NCBI GenBank assembly: GCA_902774215.1
Contig: CACYHU010000058.1
Span: 14,987-78,986, forward strand
From: an uncultured Chloroflexota bacterium
GTDB lineage: Bacteria > Chloroflexota > Anaerolineae > Anaerolineales > Anaerolineaceae
Length of the DNA stretch: 64,000 nucleotides
Reading direction: 5' to 3'
The notes below the pieces were generated by a model. The model was not told where the DNA came from and made no database searches. It worked only from the letters and a program-made list of their open reading frames with translations. A program made the position numbers and the translations under genes. The number at the start of each line of letters is the position of its first letter. Positions within the stretch are counted from its first letter, which is position 1. Below, piece after piece: positions 19,875 to 31,423 of this stretch.

Positions 19875-20546
19875 TTACATGATGACCAGCATGAATTCGG
19901 CTTTTTTACCGCCATTTTTTTTCAGTACTTCTTCAACGCTGGCAGTGATGATAGTTTCTCCGGGAAGTGTCAGATCACAGCAGAGTGTTACACGCTGACC
20001 TTTGCCGAAAACTTTCTTAACGTCCTCCAGCAGGTTTGTCAATCTGTATGGCGTATCCATCAGGATGATCGGAAGACGCATCATCTTCAGCTTTTTTAGC
20101 TCATTGATACGATCTTGCGGCGCGCGAGGCATGAAACCGCCGAAAACATAGCGGGTAAGTTTCTGCGGAGTAACGGAGATGGCTGTTGTAAGGGCAGAGA
20201 CTCCGGGAACCGGAATGATTTGGAAACCGGCAGAGATGACTTCCTCAACTAATCTGTGCCCCGGATCGGAGAAGAGTGGTGTACCACAGTCTGAAACCAG
20301 GGCAAGACTTTTCCCTTGTGCTAATTCTATCAGCAGTGTGTCGATCTGCTGGGTTTCGTTATGCTCATTGGTGGTGATGATCTGCTTTTCTTTGATTCCG
20401 AGCTGTTTCATCAGACGGCTGCCATTGCGGTATTCTTCGCATACAAGAATGTCGACGTCGGTCAGTACTTTTATTGCGCGCAGTGTGATGTCATCTGGAT
20501 TCCCGATTGGGATGGATACAATATAAAGTGCATTTTTTAGATTCAT
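19875..20546 (-). CDS. rsmI: 16S rRNA (cytidine1402-2'-O)-methyltransferase
   Basis: LYIVSIPIGNPDDITLRAIKVL tetrapyrrole-methylase-type N-terminus. The internal ATG at 20546 is used. Confidence 0.8.
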   Translation of the reverse strand: MNLKNALYIVSIPIGNPDDITLRAIKVLTDVDILVCEEYRNGSRLMKQLGIKEKQIITTNEHNETQQIDTLLIELAQGKSLALVSDCGTPLFSDPGHRLVEEVISAGFQIIPVPGVSALTTAISVTPQKLTRYVFGGFMPRAPQDRINELKKLKMMRLPIILMDTPYRLTNLLEDVKKVFGKGQRVTLCCDLTLPGETIITASVEEVLKKNGGKKAEFMLVIM

Positions 20547-20743
20547 TCTTATAATTATAAAGCAATTTATCACAGCTAAAACCAGACAAGTCAAAATTGG
20601 TAGTCAACCTTATAATTGTCTGACAAATGACATTCATGTGACAAATGACACGATACTTTTATTTTGGTTTCGGCTAAAATAAATAATAATAAAAAATAAA
20701 CGGTAAGCAGGATTCTGCTTGTTCAAAAACAGGAGGTTATGTT

Positions 20744-21811
20744 ATGAAGAAACACAATTTCAATGCCGGTCCGGCAGTTTTGCCGGATTACGCGATCAAT
20801 GAAACCATCAAAGCTATTCAGGATTTCGGCGGTCTTTCGATTCTTTCGATTTCCCATCGGACTAAGGATTTTGATGCGGTGATGGATGGCGCGGTTGCGG
20901 CAACGAAACGGCTGTTGGATATTCCGGATGATTACCATGTGATTTTCCTCGGTGGTGGTGCGAGCACCCAATTCTATGTGATCCCCTATAACTTTTTGAA
21001 AACCAAAGCCGCTTATCTGGATACCGGCACCTGGGCTCTCGGCGGTATAAAAGAGGCAAAGCTTTATGGTGAAGTGGATGTTGTTGCTTCCTCCAAAGAT
21101 AAGAATTACAGCTATATTCCGAAGAATTACACCATTCCGACTGATGCGGATTATTTCGAGATTTGCTGCAACAATACAATTGAAGGTACCGAAATCCGCA
21201 AGGATATTGACAGCCCGGTTCCTTTGATTGCTGACATGTCATCCGATATCTTCAGTCGTCCGGTGGATGTTTCCAAGTATGCCATGATTTTTGGCGGTGC
21301 CCAGAAAAACTTTGCTCCTGCCGGTGTGACGATGGTTATCATTAATGACAAATTCATGAATGAAGCTGTCTGCCGTCCGGTTCCGACCATGGCGGATTAC
21401 CGTGTCCATGCCAAGAAGAACTCCATGAATAATACACCTCCGGTATTGCCGATTTTCACTGCTTTGAAGACCATGGAGTGGATGGAAGCCGAAGGTGGTG
21501 TGAAAGAAATGGAAAAACGTGCTATCGCCCGTTCCACGAAAGTTTATGACTGCCTCGAGAATTCAAAGACCTTCTATCCTACTGTTGCAGATCCGGAAGA
21601 CCGCAGCCGTATGAATATCTGCTTCCGCCTGAAGGAAGAATATGCGGATCTGGAAGCGGACTTCCTTGAGTTGGCAAAAGCCCGCGGTCTGGTCGGTGTC
21701 AAAGGCCATCGTTCGGTCGGTGGTTTCCGCGCGTCCTGTTATAATGCGCTGCCGATGGAAAGCGTTGATGCGCTGATAGAAACGATCCATGATTGGGATG
21801 CTGCACATTAA
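20744..21811 (+). CDS. serC: Phosphoserine aminotransferase
   Basis: [15 protein letters not shown]-terminus. PLP fold, 355 aa. Confidence 0.85.
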   Translation: MKKHNFNAGPAVLPDYAINETIKAIQDFGGLSILSISHRTKDFDAVMDGAVAATKRLLDIPDDYHVIFLGGGASTQFYVIPYNFLKTKAAYLDTGTWALGGIKEAKLYGEVDVVASSKDKNYSYIPKNYTIPTDADYFEICCNNTIEGTEIRKDIDSPVPLIADMSSDIFSRPVDVSKYAMIFGGAQKNFAPAGVTMVIINDKFMNEAVCRPVPTMADYRVHAKKNSMNNTPPVLPIFTALKTMEWMEAEGGVKEMEKRAIARSTKVYDCLENSKTFYPTVADPEDRSRMNICFRLKEEYADLEADFLELAKARGLVGVKGHRSVGGFRASCYNALPMESVDALIETIHDWDAAH

Positions 21812-21858
21812 TTGATCAGAGATTGTTGGTCAGTGATCAGATCATGAAGGAGAATAAA

Positions 21859-22785
21859 ATGGCGAAAGTTTTGATTGCAACGGAAAAACCGTTTTCTAAA
21901 ACTGCTGTTGAAGGAATTACGAGCATTCTGACCGCGAAAGGTCATGAAGTCGCGAAGCTGGAAAAATACACAGATTCTGCTCAGTTGCTGGAAGCTGTCG
22001 CGGATGCGGAAGCATTGATTATCCGATCCGACAAGATTACTGCGGATGTGATGGCACATGCGCCAAAATTGAAGCTGGTCGTTCGGGCCGGTGCCGGTTA
22101 TGATAATGTTGATCTCGAGGCAGCGACTGCCCGAGGAATCGTTGTGGAAAATACACCGGGGCAGAATGCGAATGCAGTCGCAGAACTTGTGATGGGGATG
22201 ATGGTCTATAAAGCACGCAATTTCTTTGACGGTTCCACCGGTAAGGAACTGCGCGGCAAGAAGATCGGTCTCCATGGTTTTGGTGCAGTAGCCCGCTGTG
22301 TGGCTCCGATAGCCAAAGGCTTTGGTATGGATGTTTATGCTTTTGACATCCCGCAGGTACCGGATTCTGTATTTGAAGATGCCGGTGTGAAACGAATCAC
22401 TGACATTCCGGAACTGTATAAAACTTGTGACTATGTTTCTCTGCATTTCCCGGCTCTGCCGAACCTGATCAAGTCTATCAATTATGATCTTCTCTCCAAC
22501 CTGCCGAAAAACGGCTGCCTTATCAACGCTGCCCGTGCTGAGGTGGTGGATGAAGACGGAATAATGGAAATGTTTGAAAAACGAGATGATTTTGTATATC
22601 TTGCAGATGTCGCTCCGAAGAATAAGGCTGAAATAGCTGAAAAATTCCCGGGCCGCTTCTTCTTTACACCGAAGAAAGCCGGTGCCCAGACCGCTGAGGC
22701 AAATGCTAATGCCGGTTTCGCAGCTGCCCGTCAGATTTGTGACTTTTTCGAAACCGGATGTACAAAATTCCAGGTAAATAAGTAA
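21859..22785 (+). CDS. serA: D-3-phosphoglycerate dehydrogenase-like 2-hydroxyacid dehydrogenase
   Basis: NAD-binding GxGxxG region (GLHGFGAVA). It follows serC. RBS AAGGAGAA lies before the ATG at 21859. Confidence 0.7.
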   Translation: MAKVLIATEKPFSKTAVEGITSILTAKGHEVAKLEKYTDSAQLLEAVADAEALIIRSDKITADVMAHAPKLKLVVRAGAGYDNVDLEAATARGIVVENTPGQNANAVAELVMGMMVYKARNFFDGSTGKELRGKKIGLHGFGAVARCVAPIAKGFGMDVYAFDIPQVPDSVFEDAGVKRITDIPELYKTCDYVSLHFPALPNLIKSINYDLLSNLPKNGCLINAARAEVVDEDGIMEMFEKRDDFVYLADVAPKNKAEIAEKFPGRFFFTPKKAGAQTAEANANAGFAAARQICDFFETGCTKFQVNK

Positions 22786-22817
22786 AATCTTTAGCAAATT
22801 TGCCGGCAACCTTACCT

Positions 22818-22855
22818 AAAAAAAAACAGGAAACATCCGCGTTTCCTGTTTTTCG
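22818..22855. terminator. Bidirectional terminator between serA and the convergent DHH gene
   Basis: AAAAAAAAACAGGAAAC-atccgc-GTTTCCTGTTTTT. Confidence 0.65.
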
Positions 22856-22905
22856 TTAAATATAGGGTGAAAAGAAATTTAATTCAGACTGTCAAATTTC
22901 GACAG

Positions 22906-23841
22906 CTAACTTCTATTCAATTCCTCAATAATATCAGGGAGCTGTTGGTCTACAGTATCATTTTCGAGTTGGCAGGTACCGGCATTACGATGGCCGCCTC
23001 CGCCATACTTCAGACAAAGCGCGCCAATATCAGCGTTGGAACCTTTGTTAACGATTGACTTTCCGATCATGACAGCCGTGTTCTGTTTTTTGAAGCCCCA
23101 GGCGACATGTATGGAAATTTGTGCTTCAGGGAAGAGTGCATAGATCATGAAACGGTTTCCGGCATGGATCACTTCTTCATTGCGGAGGTCCAGGACGACG
23201 ACTTTATCATATACTTTTGCAAGGCGCAGCAGCTGTTTCTTGAAAAGGTCAGCCTGTTCGAAATAGAGATCAACGCGTTCTTTTACATCGGGCAGTTCAA
23301 GAATTTCGTCAATGTCATGTTCCAGACAGTAGTCGATGAGTTCCATCATCAGAGCATAGTTTGAGATGCGGAAGTCATGGAAGCGGCCGAGGCCGGTCCG
23401 GGCATCCATCAGATAATGAAGCAGTACCCAACCGGTAGGATTGAGGATTTCATCCATGCTAAAGTCTGCACTGTCGCCTTTATCTACTGCAGCCATGAGA
23501 TCATCGGAGATACGCGGAAAAGCTTCTTTTCCACCGTAATAGTCATATACGACGCGGGCTGCGCTGCGGGCTTTCGGATCAATGATGAGTTTTCCACCTG
23601 TTTCGATAGCCTTAAGTCGTTCTTCTTCAGATTCGTGATGATCAAAAGCAATGGATACACGCGGATCATATGGCAGATTTGTGGTAATATCGTTTTTACT
23701 CAGCTCAATCTTGCCATCCTGGACATCTTTGGGATGGACAAATTTGATTTCGTCTATGAGTCCCTTCTCTTTGAGCATCATGGCGCAGGCAAGTCCATCA
23801 AAATCGCTTCTTGTTACAAGTCTTCTTGTTTGCTGTTCCAT
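22906..23841 (-). CDS. DHH-family phosphoesterase (NrnA-like)
   Basis: DHH motifs SDFDG and AFDHH, plus the DHHA1 GGGH motif (KYGGGGHRNAG). Confidence 0.7.
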   Translation of the reverse strand: MEQQTRRLVTRSDFDGLACAMMLKEKGLIDEIKFVHPKDVQDGKIELSKNDITTNLPYDPRVSIAFDHHESEEERLKAIETGGKLIIDPKARSAARVVYDYYGGKEAFPRISDDLMAAVDKGDSADFSMDEILNPTGWVLLHYLMDARTGLGRFHDFRISNYALMMELIDYCLEHDIDEILELPDVKERVDLYFEQADLFKKQLLRLAKVYDKVVVLDLRNEEVIHAGNRFMIYALFPEAQISIHVAWGFKKQNTAVMIGKSIVNKGSNADIGALCLKYGGGGHRNAGTCQLENDTVDQQLPDIIEELNRS

Positions 23842-23939
23842 AGTCTTTCCTTTCGTGATATATGATAATATGAGTATAACACAAAACTGAGATGGTTCAA
23901 TATCAGCTGTAAAAATCCAATCTTAAGATAAGAATTGTT

Positions 23940-25013
23940 TTAGTAAAAACCGTGAACAAGGAAAGGAAGATTTCTTTCAACAAGCATTACAACGACGTAA
24001 TCGGGATCTTCTTCGTCGAGGTTGATTCGATACAATTCTCCGTAAGTCACGAAGTGAATCTCCGTGATGTCGTGGATGGCAGACTGCATGAAATATTCTG
24101 AAAACGAATCTCCGATGAGCAGCATCTTTTTTTGTACCGGAGCATCAGACATGAAGCGCTGAAGTTTTCCGTGATCGACTGTTTCAGGTTTCCAAACGCT
24201 GATACCGTCATTGTAATCGATTGCAACTCCGTTCTGTTCGGGAATTTGTTCGGAGAGTCCCAGCATACCTGCGAGATCCTTTCCTTCGCTTTTGTAATAA
24301 TGGAATTGCGGCATGTTCTTTGGCAGCGGTGCACCGGTAAAGGCTGTCCGGACCTGTGCAGCGGCGATCCATCCGCCCAGATTATTCCAGTGTGTGTCTG
24401 TTGTGTAATAGACCGGATCTGTCAGACTGAGTTCTGTCAGATGACGCTTTGGATAAAGCACCGGAAAACTGACTTTATCTGTAAGGTAACTGACGACCTG
24501 ATCCCCTTTGCTTTCTTCGGATATTCTTTGTATTCTTGCCGGCATTAATGAAGGATAAACCTGTTCCTTATCCGGTGCTATATAAAGAAGGCACTCCGCT
24601 CCGTGCCTGCTCAGCGGATCGAACAGTTCTTCCAGATTATGCCGGATTTTTTCCAACTCATTATCTGTAAATCTATCGATTCCCTTATAATTCTCAATTG
24701 TTTTGCGGTAGAAAAGATGATTATCTATACCCCGAATCACGTCTGATTGTACGAAATCCTGTTCGCTATGCAGCTGAAAACCGCGATAAAGCTCAATGAA
24801 TTGTGTTTTGAATGGCAGTACATCCAGAAACCACTCCTCGAAGCGTTTGGTCCAGGTTGAATAGTTTTCTGCGGTCAGCTCCGGAAATTCACTTTGTGCT
24901 TTATTTTCTGTGTTTTTATATCCGATCTGTTCGCGGAATAGAAAAAAAACTGGAACCGGGACAAAAACAAGGATAATGAAACAGATTAGAAAGATGATGC
25001 CGTGATTTTTCAT
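23940..25013 (-). CDS. AlgX/AlgJ-like (DHHW family) SGNH-type protein, polysaccharide O-acetylation partner
   Basis: N-terminal TM helix. DTHW motif (YYTTDTHWNNLGG). It lies directly downstream of an MBOAT gene. Confidence 0.7.
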   Translation of the reverse strand: MKNHGIIFLICFIILVFVPVPVFFLFREQIGYKNTENKAQSEFPELTAENYSTWTKRFEEWFLDVLPFKTQFIELYRGFQLHSEQDFVQSDVIRGIDNHLFYRKTIENYKGIDRFTDNELEKIRHNLEELFDPLSRHGAECLLYIAPDKEQVYPSLMPARIQRISEESKGDQVVSYLTDKVSFPVLYPKRHLTELSLTDPVYYTTDTHWNNLGGWIAAAQVRTAFTGAPLPKNMPQFHYYKSEGKDLAGMLGLSEQIPEQNGVAIDYNDGISVWKPETVDHGKLQRFMSDAPVQKKMLLIGDSFSEYFMQSAIHDITEIHFVTYGELYRINLDEEDPDYVVVMLVERNLPFLVHGFY

Positions 25014-25021
25014 AGCTGGTC

Positions 25022-26422
25022 CTAAAACCTGAAATAAATAAAAGGATTATGCGCTGCGTTTGCAAGCATCACAATAGAAAAGAACAGGCAAAGGATAGCT
25101 GCAGCACCGCTGACAACTTCCCGCATTTTAGTTGTAGTGAGCAAAGTAAATCTCTCTTTGTAATTGCCCAAAGAAAGAATCAGCCCTATTACAAAGATGC
25201 ATATTGTGACCGGATCTACGATTTCCCAAAAGTTCCAATAACCGTTTCCTGTAGGGAAAAACATTTGACGTAACTGAGTAAGGGCAGATGAAAGATCATC
25301 GGCTCGGAACAATACCCAGCCAATACATACGATAAACAGCGTATAGATATGTTTGAGCAGCATACCAAATCGGGTGGGTATCCTATCGGATGGCAGCAGC
25401 CGTTCTATGATCAGGAAGATTCCGTGGTAAAGGCCCCATAAGACAAAAGTCCATTGCGCACCGTGCCATAATCCGGTTGCGAAAAAGACGATGCATAGGT
25501 TGATTATTGTTCGTAAAGTTCCTTTACGATTTCCTCCGAGCGGGATATAAAGGTAATCGCGGAACCAGGTGGAAAGAGAAATATGCCAGCGCCGCCAGAA
25601 TTCACGGATAGAAGAAGAAGTATATGGGAGGTTGAAGTTCTCCCGAAAATGAAAACCAAGGACTTTTGCTAAACCGATAGCCATATCAGAATAACCGGAA
25701 AAGTCAAAATAGATTTGAAGCGTATAAAAAACAGCTGCGGTCCAACACAGCAATGAAGAAAGTTCACTGATTGGATGTCGGAGAATCTCATCAACCGTAT
25801 ACCCGAGTGTATTGGCAATCAGAACCTTTTTTGCCAACCCAAAGCAAAAACGTTTCAATCCGATGACCGTTTCACTAAAGTGCATCTCCCGATGGTGAAG
25901 TGATGCTGCAATATCTTTATATTTTACGATCGGACCTGCGACCAGCTGAGGAAAAAAAGAAATATAAAGTGCTAAATTTATCCAGGAACGCTGGACTTCG
26001 ATCGTCCCTCTCCAGAGATCTGTTATATATGAAATTGATTGGAAAGTGTAAAAGGAAATACCGATTGGTAATGCAATTTTTTGCAGCGGGATTGCTTCAA
26101 AATTTAAAAGATCGTTAAGTGTTTCGGCGAAGAAATTGAAATATTTAAAATATGCCAGTAAAAGCAGATTCATTGAGATGACTGCAATTAGCAACAGATT
26201 ACGCAGAAATTTACCGCTTACCATATTGATAAGCAGTCCTCCAGCATAATTCATTGTAATTGAAAAGAGCAGCAGGACGATGAATTTCGGTTCACCCCAT
26301 GCGTAAAAAACCAGGCTCATGATGAGCAGAAACAGATTGCTGCCTTTTTTTCGTGTAATTAGTGCACCAATCAGAGTGATTGGAAGAAAAATCCATAAAA
26401 AAGGAAACGAACTGAATACCAT
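25022..26422 (-). CDS. MBOAT-family O-acyltransferase (AlgI/DltB-like)
   Basis: 466-aa polytopic protein with a conserved His in the WHISLSTWFRDYLYIPLGG context. Confidence 0.8.
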   Translation of the reverse strand: MVFSSFPFLWIFLPITLIGALITRKKGSNLFLLIMSLVFYAWGEPKFIVLLLFSITMNYAGGLLINMVSGKFLRNLLLIAVISMNLLLLAYFKYFNFFAETLNDLLNFEAIPLQKIALPIGISFYTFQSISYITDLWRGTIEVQRSWINLALYISFFPQLVAGPIVKYKDIAASLHHREMHFSETVIGLKRFCFGLAKKVLIANTLGYTVDEILRHPISELSSLLCWTAAVFYTLQIYFDFSGYSDMAIGLAKVLGFHFRENFNLPYTSSSIREFWRRWHISLSTWFRDYLYIPLGGNRKGTLRTIINLCIVFFATGLWHGAQWTFVLWGLYHGIFLIIERLLPSDRIPTRFGMLLKHIYTLFIVCIGWVLFRADDLSSALTQLRQMFFPTGNGYWNFWEIVDPVTICIFVIGLILSLGNYKERFTLLTTTKMREVVSGAAAILCLFFSIVMLANAAHNPFIYFRF

Positions 26423-26430
26423 GTACCGGA

Positions 26431-27858
26431 TTATAATCCGCTATCCGGTATAATGCAGCGGAAACCGAGAAAATAATTCGGTTTTGAAGCATGCCCGCGA
26501 TAATCAGTACGCAGCATGAACATAGTCTCCTCTGCTTCTAATGGGGATGCGGAACCACCGCGAATGACATATTCCGCTGCGGATGAGTCTGATTTACTTC
26601 CGTCTGTTTCCGGTTCATACAGCGTTGACGTCCATTCCCATACATTTCCTGCCATGTCCAATACACCGAAAGGACTTTCACCATCTGGGAAAGACCCTAC
26701 TGAAAGCAAATCACTTGTTTCTCCCGGTACATTGGCGTAGATTGTTGATTCTTCCGGAAATTCATTTCCCCATGGATATATGTTCCCGCTGATACCGCGT
26801 GCTGCCTTTTCCCATTGAAGTTCTGTAGGAAGTTTTCCTCCAATCCATTTGCAGAACCGCTGTGCCTGTTTGTAAGTAACGTAATTTGCCGGCTGATCAG
26901 CGGTTTCTGTGTTCATAATATCCATCGTCAGGGATTCTTCACAAAGACCGGCTTCCACACATTTGCGGAATTGTGCATTGGTGACTTCAGTTTTTCCGAT
27001 CCAATATCCATCAATGCTAACTTCTTTTAGCTCTTCTGCAGGACCGAAAAGGAAGGATCCTGTAGGAATGTAAACCATTTCTATTCCACTCAGTGGTTCA
27101 ATAATAATTTTTCGAATCTTAGATTCAGAGCTTTCTTCATTTCCAGGTTCAGCTCCTGAGATTTCCTTTGTTTCATCATTTAATGGTTCTGTCTGTAAAT
27201 TTGAAAGATTTGTAAGTAATATCTGTTCATCTTCATCTGATTTATCGTTTTCAGCTTGTTCCGATGAGTCCATTAATAATATCTGATTTTCCAAATCAGT
27301 GTCTGTCAGATCGCTGTTGCTGGATTCATTGTCATTATTTTCTGAATTTATTTCTTCTTCTGTTGATGACATTGTAATGAGTGTCTCGTCTTCATCCGGT
27401 TTAATTAGCTGTTCATCTTTTTCATCAGCCAGGGATGTTTTTGTTGTATCAGAGTCTGAAAGCTTTTTCTCTAATACTTCCTTCTCATTGCTCAGGGATA
27501 TGATGACAGCGTCTGCTTCGGTGAGTTTTGCCTGCAGTTCATCTTTTTCACCGGTCAGGGATGTGACAGAAGCGTTTGATTCAGCGAGTTGTGCCTGTAG
27601 TTCATCTTTCTCGCCGCTGAGGAACGTGACAGCAGCGTTTGCTTCGGTGAGTTTTGCCTGCAGTTTATCTTTTTCACCGGTCAGGGAAGTGACAGCAGCG
27701 TTTGCTTCAGCGAGTTTTGCCTGCAGTTCATCTTTTTCACCAGTCAGGGATGTGACAGAAGCGTTTGCTTCGGTGAGTTTTGCCTGCAGTTCATCTTTTT
27801 CACCGGTCAGGGATGTGACAGAAGCGTTTGCTTCAGCGAGTTTTGCCTGCAGTTCATC
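26431..27858 (-). pseudogene. FGE (formylglycine-generating-enzyme/SUMF1) domain protein. Its reading frame continues upstream, without a stop, through the 63-bp tandem repeats to 27858. It is the C-terminal part of a gene split by a frameshift.
   Basis: FGE-domain motifs are present (YPWGNEF, RGGS..., GFRCI). Manual minus-strand translation of 27373-27858 in the FGE frame gives ...DELQAKLAEANASVTSLTGEKDELQ... repeats with no stop until TGA at 27859-27861. Confidence 0.6.
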
Positions 27859-28140
27859 TCAGGGATGTGACAGAAGCGTTTGCTTCGGTGAGTTTTGCCT
27901 GCAGTTCATCCTTTTCGCCGGTCAGTGTAGGAACAGCATTGTTTGCTTCGGTGAGTTTATTCTGCAGTTCATCCTTTTCGATAGTGAGCGAAGTGACAGC
28001 ATTGTTTGCTTCCGTGAGTTTATTTTGCAGTTCATCCTTTTCGATAGTGAGCGAAGTGACAGCATTGTTTGTATCGGTGAGTTTTGCCTGTAGTTCATCC
28101 TTTTCGCCAGTCAGGGATGTGACATTTTTTTGTAATGAGG
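27486..28140. repeat. About ten 63-bp tandem repeats encoding a 21-aa coiled-coil unit (AKLTEANASVTSLTGEKDELQ). One unit near 27855-27865 is truncated by 11 bp.
   Basis: Period 63 nt, e.g. 27721->27784. The unit at 27841-27870 reads ...gcagttcatctcagggatgtgac..., whereas the canonical unit reads ...gcagttcatctttttcaccggtcagggatgtgac... Confidence 0.85.
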
Positions 28141-28816
28141 TTATTATGATTTTGTTCTCTTTATTTTCCTGTGATAAAGTGTCTCTTTCTTCTGTCATTG
28201 TTTCCAATAAATTGTTCATTTCAACGATTTCAGTTTCTTTCCCGTTAATCTTTGTCTCTAAATCAGCCTGCTTATCTATAAGACTCGTGATATTATCCTG
28301 TGTATTTTTTAATTCTGATTGGAGACTGTCATTTTCGAGATTGATAGAAGTTATTACACCGGAAGCGTTTTTCAGCTCGTAATCTTTTCCCTTGATGGCA
28401 GCTTGTAAATTATTTAATTCGTCAGTTTGTTCATTGATAAGAGAAGTGCTTTCCGCAAGTTTTTTTGTGATTGAATTTTTCTCTTCAGTCAGCGTTGTGT
28501 TGGTTCTCAGCTCATCCTCAAGAGCTGTTGTTTTTTCATCGAGCTGGGTTTTTGTTTCAGAAAGATTATCAGATAATTCTGTGATCTTTTCATTCGCTTT
28601 GGTTAATTCTGAAACTTTTTCTTCCAAATTTTTTTGGATGGATTCATTTTCTCCTGTGAGTTTTTGAATTTGATCATTTGATTCTGTGATTTGGGAAGTC
28701 AAGGCTTCTTTTTCCTCGTTGAAGGATTTTTCAAGTAATGCGAATTTCCGGGCACTGCAGCCGGTACAAAACAAGATAAGTATTATGGTGAAAATGATAA
28801 TGGCTTGTTTTTTCAT
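27854..28816 (-). pseudogene. Coiled-coil repeat lipoprotein, the N-terminal part of the disrupted FGE-fusion gene
   Basis: Signal/lipobox-like N-terminus MKKQAIIIFTIILILFCTGCS, then heptad-rich sequence and the 21-aa repeats. It ends at TGA created by the 11-bp gap in the repeat. Confidence 0.6.
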
Positions 28817-29017
28817 ATGAAAACCCCTTCCTGCAGTAGAAAAAGTAAATATGATTCAAGTATAACATATTATTCTTTGAATAAAACCGGATGATTTTAC
28901 GACGGTTCATAGTTTTTTTACACCTGAAATGTTAGATATGTGTAAGAAATTTGTCACAAATTGCAGAAAATCAGCTGATTTTATTTGACATATTACGGTA
29001 GTTATAGTAGAAATTGA

Positions 29018-30413
<1,396 letters not shown>

Positions 30414-30527
30414 ATGTGAACCGGGAAAAAGAGGATGAGGACAGCGGATTTTATCTCATGTTTTTATTGCATGTGTTCGACGATTTTGCTGTCTGCATCC
30501 TGTCATCTATAACCTGTATTCTGTATT

Positions 30528-30890
30528 CTAAAAATTGTCCCCATCAGTCAGATTCCTGATATAATCCAACTCGCTCATCACGGGTATTCCTTCTACAAGC
30601 AGGATATCTGTGAAAATCCCGTTCCCTTCAACTAATCCGCCATCAAATTTCCCGTTATGGATGATACCTGAACCGCAGGAAGGGCTTTTTGATTTCAAAA
30701 TGGCAGATGTGCATCCTGTTTCGCGACAGATGCGAAGTGCTTCCATTGCTCCTTTCCGATACTGTTCAGTTACATCTTCACCAAGCCGGTTGATCACTTT
30801 GCCGTCAGGCTGGATCTCACTTGGTTCGCGCGGCGTTGGCATCCCCATTCGGCATGGAATGCCCAATAAACATTTGCTCACAAGAATCAT
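30528..30890 (-). CDS. DUF523-family protein
   Basis: MILVSKCLLGIPCRMGMPTPREP; the CLLG.PCR signature is typical of DUF523. Confidence 0.55.
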   Translation of the reverse strand: MILVSKCLLGIPCRMGMPTPREPSEIQPDGKVINRLGEDVTEQYRKGAMEALRICRETGCTSAILKSKSPSCGSGIIHNGKFDGGLVEGNGIFTDILLVEGIPVMSELDYIRNLTDGDNF

Positions 30891-31423
30891 TTGTCGGTCT
30901 CCGCTATAGCGAGTAATGAATTTATCTATAAGTTAGAAGAAAATTTTACGAGTCAGAAGTCGTATGAAGAACGAGCTTTGACGATTGTATAAAAACGGAT
31001 CAATAGATAAAAAAAACTCATTTATTCCATTTGAAAGAGCACAAAAGACATCTATTAAAAACATTGTATCATTACTAAATAAAAATATTAATAATATCAA
31101 CGGTTTTTCTGAGTCAGTGCGTCTGCCAATAATAAATACACAACGTAATGTTGGCGGATCTATATTCTAAATTTGGCAAAAAATAACTCTGGTAGAATGA
31201 AAAAAATTAGTAAAATCATTAAAAAGAATAAAAAGAATAAGTGATTGTATAATAAAGTTAGGTTATGAATCTAAAAATGGATTTTGACCTTCTGACTGGA
31301 AAAGAGTTCTGTAACTTACAATAAAGAATGTTTACAATGACAATCTATGTACAGTCCTAAATATATTCGAGAAAGAACAAATAACTAAACAATGTTGTTT
31401 TTGAAAAATAAATAGGAGATAAG

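Noticed and set aside
21808-22809. 333-aa ORF antisense to serA
   Set aside because: It lies entirely within and opposite a well-supported dehydrogenase gene. It has no RBS, a low-complexity composition and no motif. It is a typical shadow ORF.
27299-28382. Two long plus-strand ORFs (264 and 184 aa) across the tandem-repeat array
   Set aside because: They are created by the stop-free complement of the 63-bp repeats. The Ser/Cys/Phe-rich repetitive sequence has no start context. The real coding strand is minus.
30500-30530. 13-mer tctataacctgta shared between 30507-30519 and 38986-38998, initially considered as possible att-like direct repeats flanking an island
   Set aside because: A single exact 13-mer match is expected by chance many times over in a 64-kb window, and the flanking sequence does not extend the match.
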